Source of the DNA: an uncultured Alphaproteobacteria bacterium
Lineage (GTDB): Bacteria > Pseudomonadota > Alphaproteobacteria > RF32 > CAG-239
Length of the DNA stretch: 64,000 nucleotides
Direction of reading: 5' to 3'
Assembly (NCBI GenBank): GCA_944393215.1
Contig: CALXZL010000001.1
Location: forward strand, 11,718 to 75,717
Part shown: positions 30,007 to 39,723 of the stretch, piece after piece
Numbering within the stretch: position 1 is the stretch's first letter
Layout: the number at the start of each line of letters is the position of its first letter
Made by a program: the position numbers and the translations under genes
The notes under the pieces: model-generated
Databases searched by the model: none
Seen by the model: only the letters and a program-made list of their open reading frames with translations
What the model was told of the DNA's origin: nothing

Positions 30007-30612
30007 TCAGAAAATAAAATGACATCTTTTATTCCCGATAATCTGAACATAATCAAAAATCAAATCTTTTCTTTTGTGAAAAAAATCTTCAACCAACAGA
30101 ATATGTTTTTTATCAAAAGAAAAAGTACAAAGCAACGCCATAACCAATTTATTCAACTCCGGCTCGGAGCTTTTAATGATTTTGTTTAACATCTCATTTT
30201 CCTGGTCCCAAACCGAAATATCAGGCATATCACACCGGCATCGCAGAATCTTAACATAAGCATACACGGCATCAAAAATATCCTTACAACCGACATCACT
30301 GTTTTCACGTCTGAAATCTAAATATCGCAAAACATTATCTAAAACTTCAATATAAATTCCGCGTAAAACACTAAAAACGTCTAATGAATTTAAAACATTA
30401 TTATATTTTTTAGTTACGTCGACAAGCCATGAAGGATTATCAAAATTTTTTTGAAGTTTTATATCCGGAAACCAATCTGTAGACATAGATATCAAAGCAC
30501 CAAGCTCGTCTTCGGAAAGTTCTTCTTTTATGGCATCCATGGTCTGAACAGATAAAATGCCGCCTTGTAACACATTAAGCATCTGAATTCGTAATTGATT
30601 TTTTGTAACCAT
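30007..30612 (-). CDS. hypothetical protein
   Basis: 201-aa ORF; no family recognised. Confidence 0.35.
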   Translation of the reverse strand: MVTKNQLRIQMLNVLQGGILSVQTMDAIKEELSEDELGALISMSTDWFPDIKLQKNFDNPSWLVDVTKKYNNVLNSLDVFSVLRGIYIEVLDNVLRYLDFRRENSDVGCKDIFDAVYAYVKILRCRCDMPDISVWDQENEMLNKIIKSSEPELNKLVMALLCTFSFDKKHILLVEDFFHKRKDLIFDYVQIIGNKRCHFIF

Positions 30613-30696
30613 AGCTAAATAATAAAATTAAATTAAACATCATAATTTTTAATCGAGGGTAAAATAAGGAAGACGGCATAATTTGTCAAGCAAAAA

Positions 30697-30729
30697 TAAA
30701 GGTCTCGGAGTTTATGGCTCCAAGACCTT
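30697..30729 (-). terminator. rho-independent terminator after hppA
   Basis: AAAGGTCTcggagtttatggctccAAGACCTTT followed by a U-rich tract on the minus strand. Confidence 0.55.
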
Positions 30730-30753
30730 TACTATATTCGGACTAAGATATAA

Positions 30754-33180
30754 TTAGTCTTTGGTAGATTCGATTCTCATACCATAGAAAGATTTCAAAA
30801 CAAAAATCAATCCGATGATAAAGAAGGCGATACCCAAGCCTAAAGAAACACAACGCGGCGCAGCCACAGCCATTTCAACGGCAAGTAAACCGAACAATGT
30901 TGTGAACTTAATAATCGGGTTCAAAGCAACCGAAGATGTATCTTTGTAAGGATCACCGACGGTATCACCAACCACGGTAGCGGCATGCAAATCCGTACCT
31001 TTTTCATGCAAATCAACCTCAACCACCTTTTTGGCGTTATCCCAAGCACCGCCGGCATTAGCCATAAAGAGAGCTTGGAACAAACCAAAGATGGCAATAG
31101 AGATGAGGTAGCTGGCAAAGAGGTTAGCATCAAAGCAAGCGAACGCAATCGTGAAAGAGAAAATCACGATAAAGATATTAAACATACCTTTTTGAGCATA
31201 TTGCGTGCAGATTTTAACCACTTTCTTGGTATCTTCTTCGGAAGCCGCGGTTTTACCGTCAAGCTTAATGTGCTTTTTAATGAAGTTTACGGCTCGATAA
31301 GCACCGGTAGAAACGGCTTGCATGGAAGCACCGGAGAACCAGTAAATAACCGCACCGCCCAAAATCATACCGAAGAGCACATTCGGATCAAGAAGCATCA
31401 ATTTGAGGTTCAACAATAAGATGATTGAGAAAATCATGGTCGTCGCCCCGATAACGGCAGTACCGATGAGCACCGGCTTTGCCGTAGCTTTAAAGGTATT
31501 ACCGGCAGAATCATTTTCTTCCAGAAGTTGTTTACCTTGTTCAAAGTCAGGTTTGAAACCATAATCTTTTTCAATTTCTTTTTTAATGCCTTTGATATCT
31601 TCGATTTGAGAAAGTTCAAAAACGGATTGAGCATTATCTGTTACCGGACCGTAGCTGTCCACGGCAATGGTAACAGGTCCCATACCGAGCATACCGAAAG
31701 CCACCAAACCAAAGGCGAATACGGTCGGATAAACCATATAAGCATCCAAACCGGAAACGGATGTAACATAAGCCACAGCCATTAAGCCAACGATAACCAA
31801 ACCGTTCCAAAAAGCGGAGAAGTTACCGGCGACAATACCGGAAATAATGTTCAAAGAAGCACCGGCTTCACGGCTGGCATTAACAATCTCTTGAACATGT
31901 TTGGATTTTGAAGAAGTGAAAGCTTTGGTAAATTCCGGAATCAAAGCGGCAGCCAAAGTACCGCAAGAAATGATAACGGAAAGTTTCCACCACAAATCTT
32001 CACCCATGTTACCAATCATCACATAAGAAACACCGAATGTAACCAAAATGGAGATAATGGAAGTAAACCAAACCAAAGAGGTAAGAGGTGTTTCAAAGTT
32101 AAAAGATTTTTTATCGCCGAAAATAGCTTTGCTGACTTTAGAATTCAACCAATAAGAAACCATAGAAGTCAAAATCATGAGTAAGCGCATGGCAAAAATC
32201 CACACGATAAGACGAGCTTGAATATCTACGCCGTTTTGCATCAAAGCAAGATCACCGTTAGGCAAATACATCATACCGGCACCCAGTACGATAAAGCTGA
32301 TAAGAGCCACGCCGGTCACGCCATAGGTTTCAAAACCATCAGCAGTAGGTCCAACGGAGTCGCCGGCATTATCACCGGTACAATCGGCAATCACACCGGG
32401 GTTACGGGCATCATCTTCATCAATTTTGAAAATAATTTTCATTAAATCGGCACCGATATCGGCAATTTTGGTAAAGATACCGCCGCAAATACGCAAAGCG
32501 GAAGCGCCCAAAGATTCACCGATGGCAAAACCGATAAAGCAAGCACCTGCACTATCACGCGGAACAAAGAGCAAAATAGCAATCATCATAACGAGTTCAA
32601 CGCAAATAAGCATAACACCGATAGACATACCGGAGCGAAGCGGCAAGCTCATAACGGAATAAGCTTTACCTTTAAGAGAGTCAAAAGCGGTACGAGAGTT
32701 GGCATAAGTATTGATTCGCATACCAAACCAAGCCACACAGAAGGAACCCAAAATACCCAAGATTGACCAACCTAAAATAGTAAAGACTTTAGGCAGCGGT
32801 GTTTCTTGCAGACCGTAGAAATAATAAAAGATACAAGCCGCAATAAAGATTTCCAAAACCACCAAAAGTTTAGCCTGTTGTTTCATATAGGTTTTGCAGG
32901 TAGAATAAATCAAATTAGAAACATCGAGCATAGATTTATGAGCCGGAAGTTTTTTAATTTTAATAAATTCATACAAACCGAATAAAAAGCCCAACAAACA
33001 GATTCCCAAGCCATAGAACAAAATCTGAGAACCGGTTAGAGCATAACCGAAAATATTATAGTCAACATCAAGCATCGGGATATTCAAATCAATTTCCGAA
33101 GCCTGAGCCTGACCGACAAATGCTGTCAGCAAGAAAGCTAAACCGGCAGCAAAAGTACCTATTTTTTTCAAACTCATCAT
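30754..33180 (-). CDS. hppA: K+-insensitive H+-translocating pyrophosphatase
   Basis: 808 aa, ~16 TM helices, conserved DVGADLxGK / GDNVGD-type motifs; GNTFKATAK (Lys at the position that makes H+-PPases K+-independent). Confidence 0.9.
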   Translation of the reverse strand: MMSLKKIGTFAAGLAFLLTAFVGQAQASEIDLNIPMLDVDYNIFGYALTGSQILFYGLGICLLGFLFGLYEFIKIKKLPAHKSMLDVSNLIYSTCKTYMKQQAKLLVVLEIFIAACIFYYFYGLQETPLPKVFTILGWSILGILGSFCVAWFGMRINTYANSRTAFDSLKGKAYSVMSLPLRSGMSIGVMLICVELVMMIAILLFVPRDSAGACFIGFAIGESLGASALRICGGIFTKIADIGADLMKIIFKIDEDDARNPGVIADCTGDNAGDSVGPTADGFETYGVTGVALISFIVLGAGMMYLPNGDLALMQNGVDIQARLIVWIFAMRLLMILTSMVSYWLNSKVSKAIFGDKKSFNFETPLTSLVWFTSIISILVTFGVSYVMIGNMGEDLWWKLSVIISCGTLAAALIPEFTKAFTSSKSKHVQEIVNASREAGASLNIISGIVAGNFSAFWNGLVIVGLMAVAYVTSVSGLDAYMVYPTVFAFGLVAFGMLGMGPVTIAVDSYGPVTDNAQSVFELSQIEDIKGIKKEIEKDYGFKPDFEQGKQLLEENDSAGNTFKATAKPVLIGTAVIGATTMIFSIILLLNLKLMLLDPNVLFGMILGGAVIYWFSGASMQAVSTGAYRAVNFIKKHIKLDGKTAASEEDTKKVVKICTQYAQKGMFNIFIVIFSFTIAFACFDANLFASYLISIAIFGLFQALFMANAGGAWDNAKKVVEVDLHEKGTDLHAATVVGDTVGDPYKDTSSVALNPIIKFTTLFGLLAVEMAVAAPRCVSLGLGIAFFIIGLIFVLKSFYGMRIESTKD

Positions 33181-33398
33181 ATAAATTGTCCTTATATAAT
33201 TAAAACATTTGCCATAACGAAATTTGCGTCAAAGCCTGACTCAGATTCGTTTTCGTTATGAAGGGATAATATAAAAAGATTCTAAAGATTCGATTAATGA
33301 CAATTTTAAGAAAATTTTAAAACGAAAAATATATCTATTCAAAAAGATAAAAATAGATTATAATAAAATTTGGGTTTGAGGAGGAGAGGAGAAAAGAA

Positions 33399-33665
33399 AT
33401 GAAGAAATTATTACTTTTGACAATGATAATATTAATTTCCGCGTGCAGTAGCACACAAGAAAAATATCCGTATGGGATGAGTGAAAAAGAGTGGAATGAA
33501 CTTTCAATCAAAGATAAAGCCGCCATCAGAAGAGACTTTTACTTTTATGAAAGAGGCAATATGAACTTTGTAAATCCTCAATTGCAAGTGGAAGGACAAA
33601 AGCACAACGGCAATGTTTTTATGAAGGAAAAAGACAGTCGCAAGACACCGGAACCACTGATATAA
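33399..33665 (+). CDS. small lipoprotein
   Basis: Lipobox LISAC|SST, 88 aa, strong GGAGGAGAGGAG RBS. Confidence 0.5.
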   Translation: MKKLLLLTMIILISACSSTQEKYPYGMSEKEWNELSIKDKAAIRRDFYFYERGNMNFVNPQLQVEGQKHNGNVFMKEKDSRKTPEPLI

Positions 33666-33689
33666 ATAAAAAAATTTATTTTAATTACT

Positions 33690-33722
33690 TAAAAGGCTTT
33701 GACTAAATTCAAAGCCTTTTTT
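33690..33722. terminator. rho-independent terminator
   Basis: AAGGCTTTGActaaatTCAAAGCCTTTTTT. Confidence 0.7.
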
Positions 33723-33756
33723 ATGATAAAAGAAACGATAGAAAAGGAAATTTCGG

Positions 33757-34107
33757 ATGAAAAAAAATTTACTAACACTCATACTAACGATTTTTATTTT
33801 AAGCAGTTGTGGCAACAAAGCGGAAATTTCAGATAAAAAGATATATTTTTTCTTTTATGACGGATGCCCCTATTGTCATTATGCCATGGAATATATCAAT
33901 AAAAAATATCCTGATTTAGACATGGTCAAAGTAGATGTATACCAAGCTCAAGGATACAAACTGTTTGAAGCATGCGGCAATAAGTTTAATTTAGGAGATA
34001 AAATAGGCACGCCACTGTTTTGCATGGGAGACAAATATATCATGGGCTGGTCCAAAAACAACGAACGCAAATTTGACCGCTTTGTCAAACCGTTTTTGAA
34101 GAAATAA
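33757..34107 (+). CDS. glutaredoxin/thioredoxin-fold lipoprotein (CPYC motif)
   Basis: Lipobox LSSC|GN; FFFYDGCPYCHYA redox CxxC motif. Confidence 0.55.
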   Translation: MKKNLLTLILTIFILSSCGNKAEISDKKIYFFFYDGCPYCHYAMEYINKKYPDLDMVKVDVYQAQGYKLFEACGNKFNLGDKIGTPLFCMGDKYIMGWSKNNERKFDRFVKPFLKK

Positions 34108-34112
34108 AGAAG

Positions 34113-34435
34113 AAATAAAATATTACAAGCCAGAACGAACCCGGGTTCTCTCCATCCGGGAAGTCATAACAAAAAAAGCCGTCCTCTACAGACGGCTTTT
34201 ATGGCGTACCCGAAGGGCTTGAGGAAGAAATAATCTCCGGTGGAGATTATTTCAACGAAAGGCGCAGATTTGTTAGCTTTGAGGCAAGCAACAGCGCCGC
34301 CGACAAAGCATTACAAATCAAGTGACCGCAGCGCAGTTAGTGAGCTTGCGAACTTACAAGCCAGAACGAACCCGGGTTCGACCATCCGGGAAGCCATGAC
34401 AAAAAAAGCCGTCTTAAACAGACGGCTTTTTATGG
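34113..34435. repeat. tandemly duplicated tRNA-Arg 3'-end/terminator region carrying a ~140-bp conserved noncoding element (copy 1 of 2 in the window)
   Basis: Degenerate tRNA 3' end TGGCGTACCCGAAGGG at 34202..34217 plus a terminator, repeating the real tRNA-Arg 3' end and terminator at 34405..34448; conserved element 34225..34366 with a perfect hairpin ATAATCTCCggtGGAGATTAT (34230..34250); homologous to 58843..58976. Confidence 0.7.
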
Positions 34436-34509
34436 CGTACCCGGAGGGATTCGAACCCACGACCCTCGGCGTCGGAGGCCGATACTCTATCCAACTGAGC
34501 TACGGGTAC
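34433..34509 (-). tRNA. tRNA-Arg (anticodon CCG)
   Basis: GTACCCGTAGCTCAGTTGGATAGAGTATCGGCCTCCGACGCCGA…GGGTACGCCA; anticodon loop CT-CCG-AC; 77 nt. Confidence 0.85.
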
Positions 34510-34682
34510 ATTATAAACAATCGATACATGAATACACCCATTTAAAACAGAATACCAGCAAAATTTCACCTTTTTTAGAGTTAAAAGCTCAATTTCACAA
34601 AATTTCACTTGACTATTTGTCCAATTATATGTATTAACAAGCAACAAGTTCTGTTTATAAGATAATTTTAAGGAAGATAACA

Positions 34683-34961
34683 ATGTCTAAAAAGTGTGAT
34701 ATTTCTGGCACCGGCGTAATGAGCGGCAACAATGTCAGCCACGCAAATAATAGAACACGCCGTCGTTTTTTGCCTAACTTACAAGTTGTTTCACTTTTGA
34801 GTGAAAAACTGAATCGAATTTTTAAATTGAAAGTTTGCTCAAAAACCTTGCGTTCCATTGAACACAACGGTGGTTTGGATGCTTATTTGGAATCCACATC
34901 CAACAGCAAATTGAGTGATGAAGCAATCAAAATCAAAAAAACAATCGCAAAAGCAAAATAA
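34683..34961 (+). CDS. rpmB: 50S ribosomal protein L28
   Basis: MSKKCDISGTGVMSGNNVSHANNRTRRRFLPNLQ is the classic L28 N-terminus; AGGAAG RBS. Confidence 0.8.
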   Translation: MSKKCDISGTGVMSGNNVSHANNRTRRRFLPNLQVVSLLSEKLNRIFKLKVCSKTLRSIEHNGGLDAYLESTSNSKLSDEAIKIKKTIAKAK

Positions 34962-35112
34962 GAAAAAGGCTTCAAAACAATATGAAATACCTTCTCTTGA
35001 GAGAAGGTATTTTTTTATCCCCGATATCCACAAGCCGATATATCTAATTTAGATTGTCATTAACTTTTTTTTTGTTTATAAACAACAACAATAACAAAAA
35101 AAGAGAAAAAAG

Positions 35113-36594
35113 ATGGATACGACAATAGACGCCAGCAAATTACCGCAAAACATTGAAGCGGAGCAAGCTCTGTTAGGAGCAATATTAGCCAATAACAAAG
35201 CCTTTGAGAAGGTATCGGAATTTTTAAAACCGCAACATTTTGCCGATTCGACTCATGCCAAAATTTTTGAAGTCATATCAAAATTAATCACGCGCGGGCA
35301 TATTGCGGATGTTATCACTTTAAAGAACTATTTTGAACAAGAAGGAACGTTAAGTGAAGTCGGCGGGCATCAATATCTGGTCAAATTGGCAGACAGTGCC
35401 ACACCGTTAACCAATGCCGAATACTATGCCCAGTTTATTTATGACAAATATCTACGCCGCGAGCTGATTGCCACCGGTTTTGACATTGTTAATGATGCCA
35501 GCAAAGAAGACATCGATTCGGACGCCATGGAACAAATTGAGTCGGCAGAAAAAAAATTATTTGAACTTGCCAACCAGGGAGAACATCAAGGCGGTTTTGT
35601 AGATTTTGGCGAAGCTTTGGGAATTTCATTAAGCAATATAGAACAAGCTTATCAGAAGGAAGGAAAAATCTCGGGTTTGCCGACAGCATTAGATGCTCTG
35701 GACAACAAGACCGGCGGGCTGAACAATTCCGACTTAATTATTATTGCTGCCCGCCCGGCAATGGGAAAAACGGCATTAGCAACCAACATTGCTTACAACG
35801 TGGCAGATTATATGTATCATAACAAAAACATGGATCCGAGCAAAAAAGGCGTTGCCTTTTTCTCTTTGGAAATGTCTGCCGACCAATTAGCCAGCCGTAT
35901 CCTTTCCACCGTAACTCAAACCAATGCCCACAAAATGCGCACCGGAGAACTGGATAATGCCGAGTTCACACGCATTGCCGCTGCCGTACGTGAGCTGGAA
36001 AATATTCCGCTTTACATTGATGATACACCGGGCTTAAACATCAACTCCATCCGTACGCGCGCCCGTAGATTGAAAAGAAATAAAGGTTTGGGTTTAATTA
36101 TCATTGACTATATTCAACTGATTATGGGAAGCGGTAGTAAAAAAACCGAAGGTAACCGCGTTCAAGAATTGTCCGAAATCTCGCGTGGCTTAAAAATTTT
36201 AGCCAAAGAATTAAATTTGCCGGTAATTGCTCTGTCCCAATTAAACCGTGGCGTTGAGCAAAGAGATGATAAACGTCCGTTAATGTCAGACTTGCGTGAA
36301 TCCGGTTCAATCGAGCAAGATGCCGATAGTGTCATGTTCATCTACCGTGAAAACTACTATCTGCAAAACGAAGAGCCGCAACAAAAAGCCTCAGAAACAC
36401 CGGAACACTTGCAAAAGCGCCATGAAGAATGGGAAGCCAGAGTCAGAGCCACACAAAACTTATCCGAAGTTATTATCGGCAAAAACCGTCACGGTTCAAC
36501 CGGAACGATTCAGCTTTTCTGGAACGGTGAATTTACACAATTCGGCAACTTGGCAAAAGAAGAATATTTACCGGACCAAATCGGGGCGGAATAA
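35113..36594 (+). CDS. dnaB: replicative DNA helicase
   Basis: DnaB N-terminal domain, Walker A ARPAMGKT, LSQLNR…, 493 aa. Confidence 0.92.
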   Translation: MDTTIDASKLPQNIEAEQALLGAILANNKAFEKVSEFLKPQHFADSTHAKIFEVISKLITRGHIADVITLKNYFEQEGTLSEVGGHQYLVKLADSATPLTNAEYYAQFIYDKYLRRELIATGFDIVNDASKEDIDSDAMEQIESAEKKLFELANQGEHQGGFVDFGEALGISLSNIEQAYQKEGKISGLPTALDALDNKTGGLNNSDLIIIAARPAMGKTALATNIAYNVADYMYHNKNMDPSKKGVAFFSLEMSADQLASRILSTVTQTNAHKMRTGELDNAEFTRIAAAVRELENIPLYIDDTPGLNINSIRTRARRLKRNKGLGLIIIDYIQLIMGSGSKKTEGNRVQELSEISRGLKILAKELNLPVIALSQLNRGVEQRDDKRPLMSDLRESGSIEQDADSVMFIYRENYYLQNEEPQQKASETPEHLQKRHEEWEARVRATQNLSEVIIGKNRHGSTGTIQLFWNGEFTQFGNLAKEEYLPDQIGAE

Positions 36595-37028
36595 TGACAA
36601 AAGATTTTTGGCAACATAAAAAATTATCCGAGTTTTCGGAAACCGAATGGGAAAGCATATGCTGCCGTTGCGGTCGTTGTTGCCTAATAAAGTTGCAAGA
36701 TGAAGACAGTGATGAGGTTTATTACACTGACTTAGTTTGCCGCTATTTTAATCATGAAAACTGCACCTGCACGGAGTATCAAAACCGCTGCAAATTGGTA
36801 CCCGAGTGTTTAAAACTTGATAAAGATAATGTTGATAAAATCAGCTGGATGCCAAAGAACTGCGCCTATCGTTGGTTATCAGAAAAAGGCATTTTACCGC
36901 CATGGCATCCGTTAGTTACGGGCAAACCTTTGGAAGAAAAACACAGCATTAAAAATCGTTGCATTTCCGAAACTCTTGTCCCCGAGGAGGAATGGGAAGA
37001 CCATATTTTAGAGGACGGTGAATTATGA
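36594..37028 (+). CDS. YcgN/UPF0260-family Cys-cluster protein (paralog 1)
   Basis: CCRCGRCCL motif, …CAYRWLSEKGILPPWHPLVTG…; ATG overlaps the dnaB stop. Confidence 0.7.
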   Translation: MTKDFWQHKKLSEFSETEWESICCRCGRCCLIKLQDEDSDEVYYTDLVCRYFNHENCTCTEYQNRCKLVPECLKLDKDNVDKISWMPKNCAYRWLSEKGILPPWHPLVTGKPLEEKHSIKNRCISETLVPEEEWEDHILEDGEL

Positions 37029-37534
37029 GTTCAACCGACAAAAATTTTGCCGCCGAAGAATATGATCCGCAAAGCCGCTTTGAACATCTTGACCGATTCG
37101 AGCCTGAATTTTGGAAAAAGAAAAAGCTGGAAGAAATGAGCAAAGAAGAATGGGAATTACTTTGTGACGGTTGCGGTAAATGTTGCTTGAACAAAATCGA
37201 AATTAAAGGCAAAATAAAATTCACCAACACGCGTTGTCGATTTTTAGATTGTCAGAGTTGTTTGTGTCGCATATATGAGCATCGCTTTGAAAAAGTTTCA
37301 GATTGTCGCGACATTGACTTGGCAGCCATTAGAGAAAAACCGCGTTGGTTGCCGAAAACCTGCGCATATTGGCTCTTAGACAACGGCTATGATTTGCCCG
37401 ATTGGCATCCGCTCATCACCGGAAAAGCCGAAAGCGTACATCAAGCAAAAATGTCTTTACGCGGGCGCAAAACCGTATCTGAAACGGGAATAGAAGACTA
37501 TGAAAATTACATTATTGACTGGCAAGACCTTTGA
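37025..37534 (+). CDS. YcgN/UPF0260-family Cys-cluster protein (paralog 2)
   Basis: CDGCGKCCL motif, …CAYWLLDNGYDLPDWHPLITG…; ATGA overlap with paralog 1. Confidence 0.7.
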   Translation: MSSTDKNFAAEEYDPQSRFEHLDRFEPEFWKKKKLEEMSKEEWELLCDGCGKCCLNKIEIKGKIKFTNTRCRFLDCQSCLCRIYEHRFEKVSDCRDIDLAAIREKPRWLPKTCAYWLLDNGYDLPDWHPLITGKAESVHQAKMSLRGRKTVSETGIEDYENYIIDWQDL

Positions 37535-37553
37535 TATTCAAGCCGCATTGAAT

Positions 37554-38210
37554 ATGGATATCAAAATCATCAAATCTCCCAAGGCCAAACGTCTGACCTT
37601 GCGAATTGATGCCAAAGAGCGTTTGCCGATTTTAACGATTCCCAGCCGTTGCAGCGCCAAAAGAGCCGTTGAATTTGTAGAAATGCATCGAGCATGGCTA
37701 GAAGAAAATCTACAAAAAATTCCCGCCATAAAACATTTTGAAAACGGAGAAAAAATCTCACTAATGGGCAAAGAATACATCATCAACCACTGCCCCCAAA
37801 AAAGATGCGGTGTCATGATAGAAGAAGACAACATAATTGTTTCGGGCTCAAAAGAATTTTTACACCGCCGCATATGTGATTTCATTAAGAAAAAAGCGCA
37901 AGAACAACTATTAAAAAAATCTCAAACCTTAGCAAACAAAATCGGATGTCATGTCAACCATGTCAGCATCAAAGACACCAAATCTCGTTGGGGAAGCTGC
38001 TCTTCACTGGAAAACATCAATTATAATTGGCGCATATGTATGGCACCCAAATATGTCATAAACTATTTGGTAGCACATGAAGTCTCACACTTATTACATC
38101 AAGATCACTCACGAGAATTTTGGCAATGCGTCAAAAAACTCTGCCCGGACGCCGCCAAAGGGAGATTGTGGCTCAAGAACTACGGCAAAGAATTATACCG
38201 TTACGAATAG
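37554..38210 (+). CDS. YgjP-like metal-dependent hydrolase (DUF45/WLM-type HExxH)
   Basis: VAHEVSHLLHQDHS zinc-binding motif and the family-typical start MDIKIIKSPKAKRLTLRID; the ORF may begin at 37500 inside the ycgN paralog. Confidence 0.6.
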   Translation: MDIKIIKSPKAKRLTLRIDAKERLPILTIPSRCSAKRAVEFVEMHRAWLEENLQKIPAIKHFENGEKISLMGKEYIINHCPQKRCGVMIEEDNIIVSGSKEFLHRRICDFIKKKAQEQLLKKSQTLANKIGCHVNHVSIKDTKSRWGSCSSLENINYNWRICMAPKYVINYLVAHEVSHLLHQDHSREFWQCVKKLCPDAAKGRLWLKNYGKELYRYE

Positions 38211-38283
38211 CTTGGTTGATTTTTACAAAAATAAACTCTATATATAAAGAAGAACAATTTTAATAAACAGGAGAAAAAAACAC

Positions 38284-39000
38284 ATGGAAACCAAAGTAAA
38301 TGCACAAGCCAAAACTTATGTTGATGAAGGTTTGCGTCAGTATATGCTCAAAATTTACAACTATATGACCGGAGGTCTCTGCCTAACCGCATTAGCCGCT
38401 TATATTGTTGCCAACACATCATTGATTCGCTTATTTTTCAACATAACACCGCAAGGAGCCACGATGAGCGGCTTAGGCTGGCTGTTTTTGTTTGCCCCTC
38501 TGATTATGGTATTTGCCTTTGGCTGGGTTTTGCAGAAGGGAACGTTGCAACAAGTACAAGCCATGTTCTGGGGATTCTCTGCCGTTATGGGTATTTCATT
38601 AACCCCGATTTTAATGGCTTATACCGGCGCCAGTGTCACCAGAGTATTTTTAATCACGGCAGCCATGTTTGGCGGGATGAGCTTGTACGGATACACCACT
38701 AAAAAAGATTTAAGCGCAATGGGCTCTTTTCTGATTATGGGCGTATGGGGTTTAATTATTGCTTCATTAATCAATATATTTTTCCAAAGTCCGGGCTTAA
38801 GCTACGCCGTATCGATTATCGGTGTTTTAATTTTCACCGGTTTAACCGCCTATGACACACAAGCAGTCCGTCGTATATATTACAGTGCCGACAGTGAAGA
38901 TACCATGTCACGCAAAGCGATAGTCGGTGCCCTGAATTTATATATGGATTTCATTAACATGTTCATCTATCTTTTAAGATTAATGGGAGACCGCCGTTAA
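38284..39000 (+). CDS. Bax inhibitor-1/YccA family membrane protein
   Basis: 7-TM protein with the family-typical start (MLKIYNYMTGGLCLTA) and C-terminus (…LNLYMDFINMFIYLLRL). Confidence 0.75.
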   Translation: METKVNAQAKTYVDEGLRQYMLKIYNYMTGGLCLTALAAYIVANTSLIRLFFNITPQGATMSGLGWLFLFAPLIMVFAFGWVLQKGTLQQVQAMFWGFSAVMGISLTPILMAYTGASVTRVFLITAAMFGGMSLYGYTTKKDLSAMGSFLIMGVWGLIIASLINIFFQSPGLSYAVSIIGVLIFTGLTAYDTQAVRRIYYSADSEDTMSRKAIVGALNLYMDFINMFIYLLRLMGDRR

Positions 39001-39024
39001 TAAAAGCAAGATAAGATAAAATAA

Positions 39025-39064
39025 AAAACAAGGGCTTAAATCAAAAATTTAAGTCCTTTTTTTG
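39025..39064 (+). terminator. rho-independent terminator
   Basis: GGGCTTAAATcaaaaATTTAAGTCCTTTTTTT. Confidence 0.65.
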
Positions 39065-39207
39065 TTGACTTTGAACAGATTTAACTTTATAAAACGATTG
39101 TCCGATGAAATCAGGACATAAATTCCGAGAGGTTCTGCAAGATAAAAAGAACCTTTAAATAATAAATAACAATCGGCGGAACAATCCGCCTCAACCGGAG
39201 AAAAAAA

Positions 39208-39342
39208 ATGAAACGTACATATCAACCGAGTAAATTGGTTAGAGCTCGCCGTCATGGCTTCCGCACACGCATGGAGACCAAAGGTGGACGCAAAGTCTTG
39301 GCAGCACGTCGTGCAAGAGGTCGTAAAAGACTTTCAGCCTAG
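39208..39342 (+). CDS. rpmH: 50S ribosomal protein L34
   Basis: [44 protein letters not shown] (44 aa, below the ORF-track cutoff), GGAG RBS, directly upstream of rnpA. Confidence 0.95.
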   Translation: MKRTYQPSKLVRARRHGFRTRMETKGGRKVLAARRARGRKRLSA

Positions 39343-39354
39343 TCTGGAACCATT

Positions 39355-39723
39355 ATGGTAGAAGTTTTTATCTTAAAAAAGAGAAAAGATTTCGTTAGAG
39401 TCGCCTCAAAGGGTTTAAAAGCGGTAACTTCCGGCTTAATCCTACAGGCGGCTCTCAGTTTATCCGAACAAGAAAACAGTTGCCACATCGGCTATACCGC
39501 CACCAAAAAATTAGGCAAAGCCCATATCCGAAACCGCACCAAAAGAAGATTGCGCGCTGCCGTCCGGGAAGTTTTTCCGCAAGCGGCATTAAGCGGCGTC
39601 GATTATGTCTTAATCGGACGTTACAACACCGCTACTTGCGATTTTCAAAAGCTCAAAGCAAATATGCAAAATGCTCTTGAACAAATCAATATTCAATTAA
39701 AAACCAAGAAAGCCTCAAAATGA
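39355..39723 (+). CDS. rnpA: ribonuclease P protein component
   Basis: 122 aa basic protein in the rpmH-rnpA-yidD-yidC context; K/R-rich RNR-like motif [10 protein letters not shown]. Confidence 0.8.
   Translation: MVEVFILKKRKDFVRVASKGLKAVTSGLILQAALSLSEQENSCHIGYTATKKLGKAHIRNRTKRRLRAAVREVFPQAALSGVDYVLIGRYNTATCDFQKLKANMQNALEQINIQLKTKKASK

Noticed and set aside
34240-34545. ORF-track protein MEIISTKGADLLALRQ… (its paralog-like ORFs at 58841..59236 and 59028..59210 were also rejected)
   Set aside because: They run through rho-independent terminators and antisense across tRNA-Arg and the tRNA-Gly fragment. Differences between the two copies are mostly nonsynonymous, so the conservation is at nucleotide level, not protein level.
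39049-39255. 68-aa minus-strand ORF
   Set aside because: It overlaps the BI-1 terminator and the start of rpmH on the opposite strand, so it is spurious.
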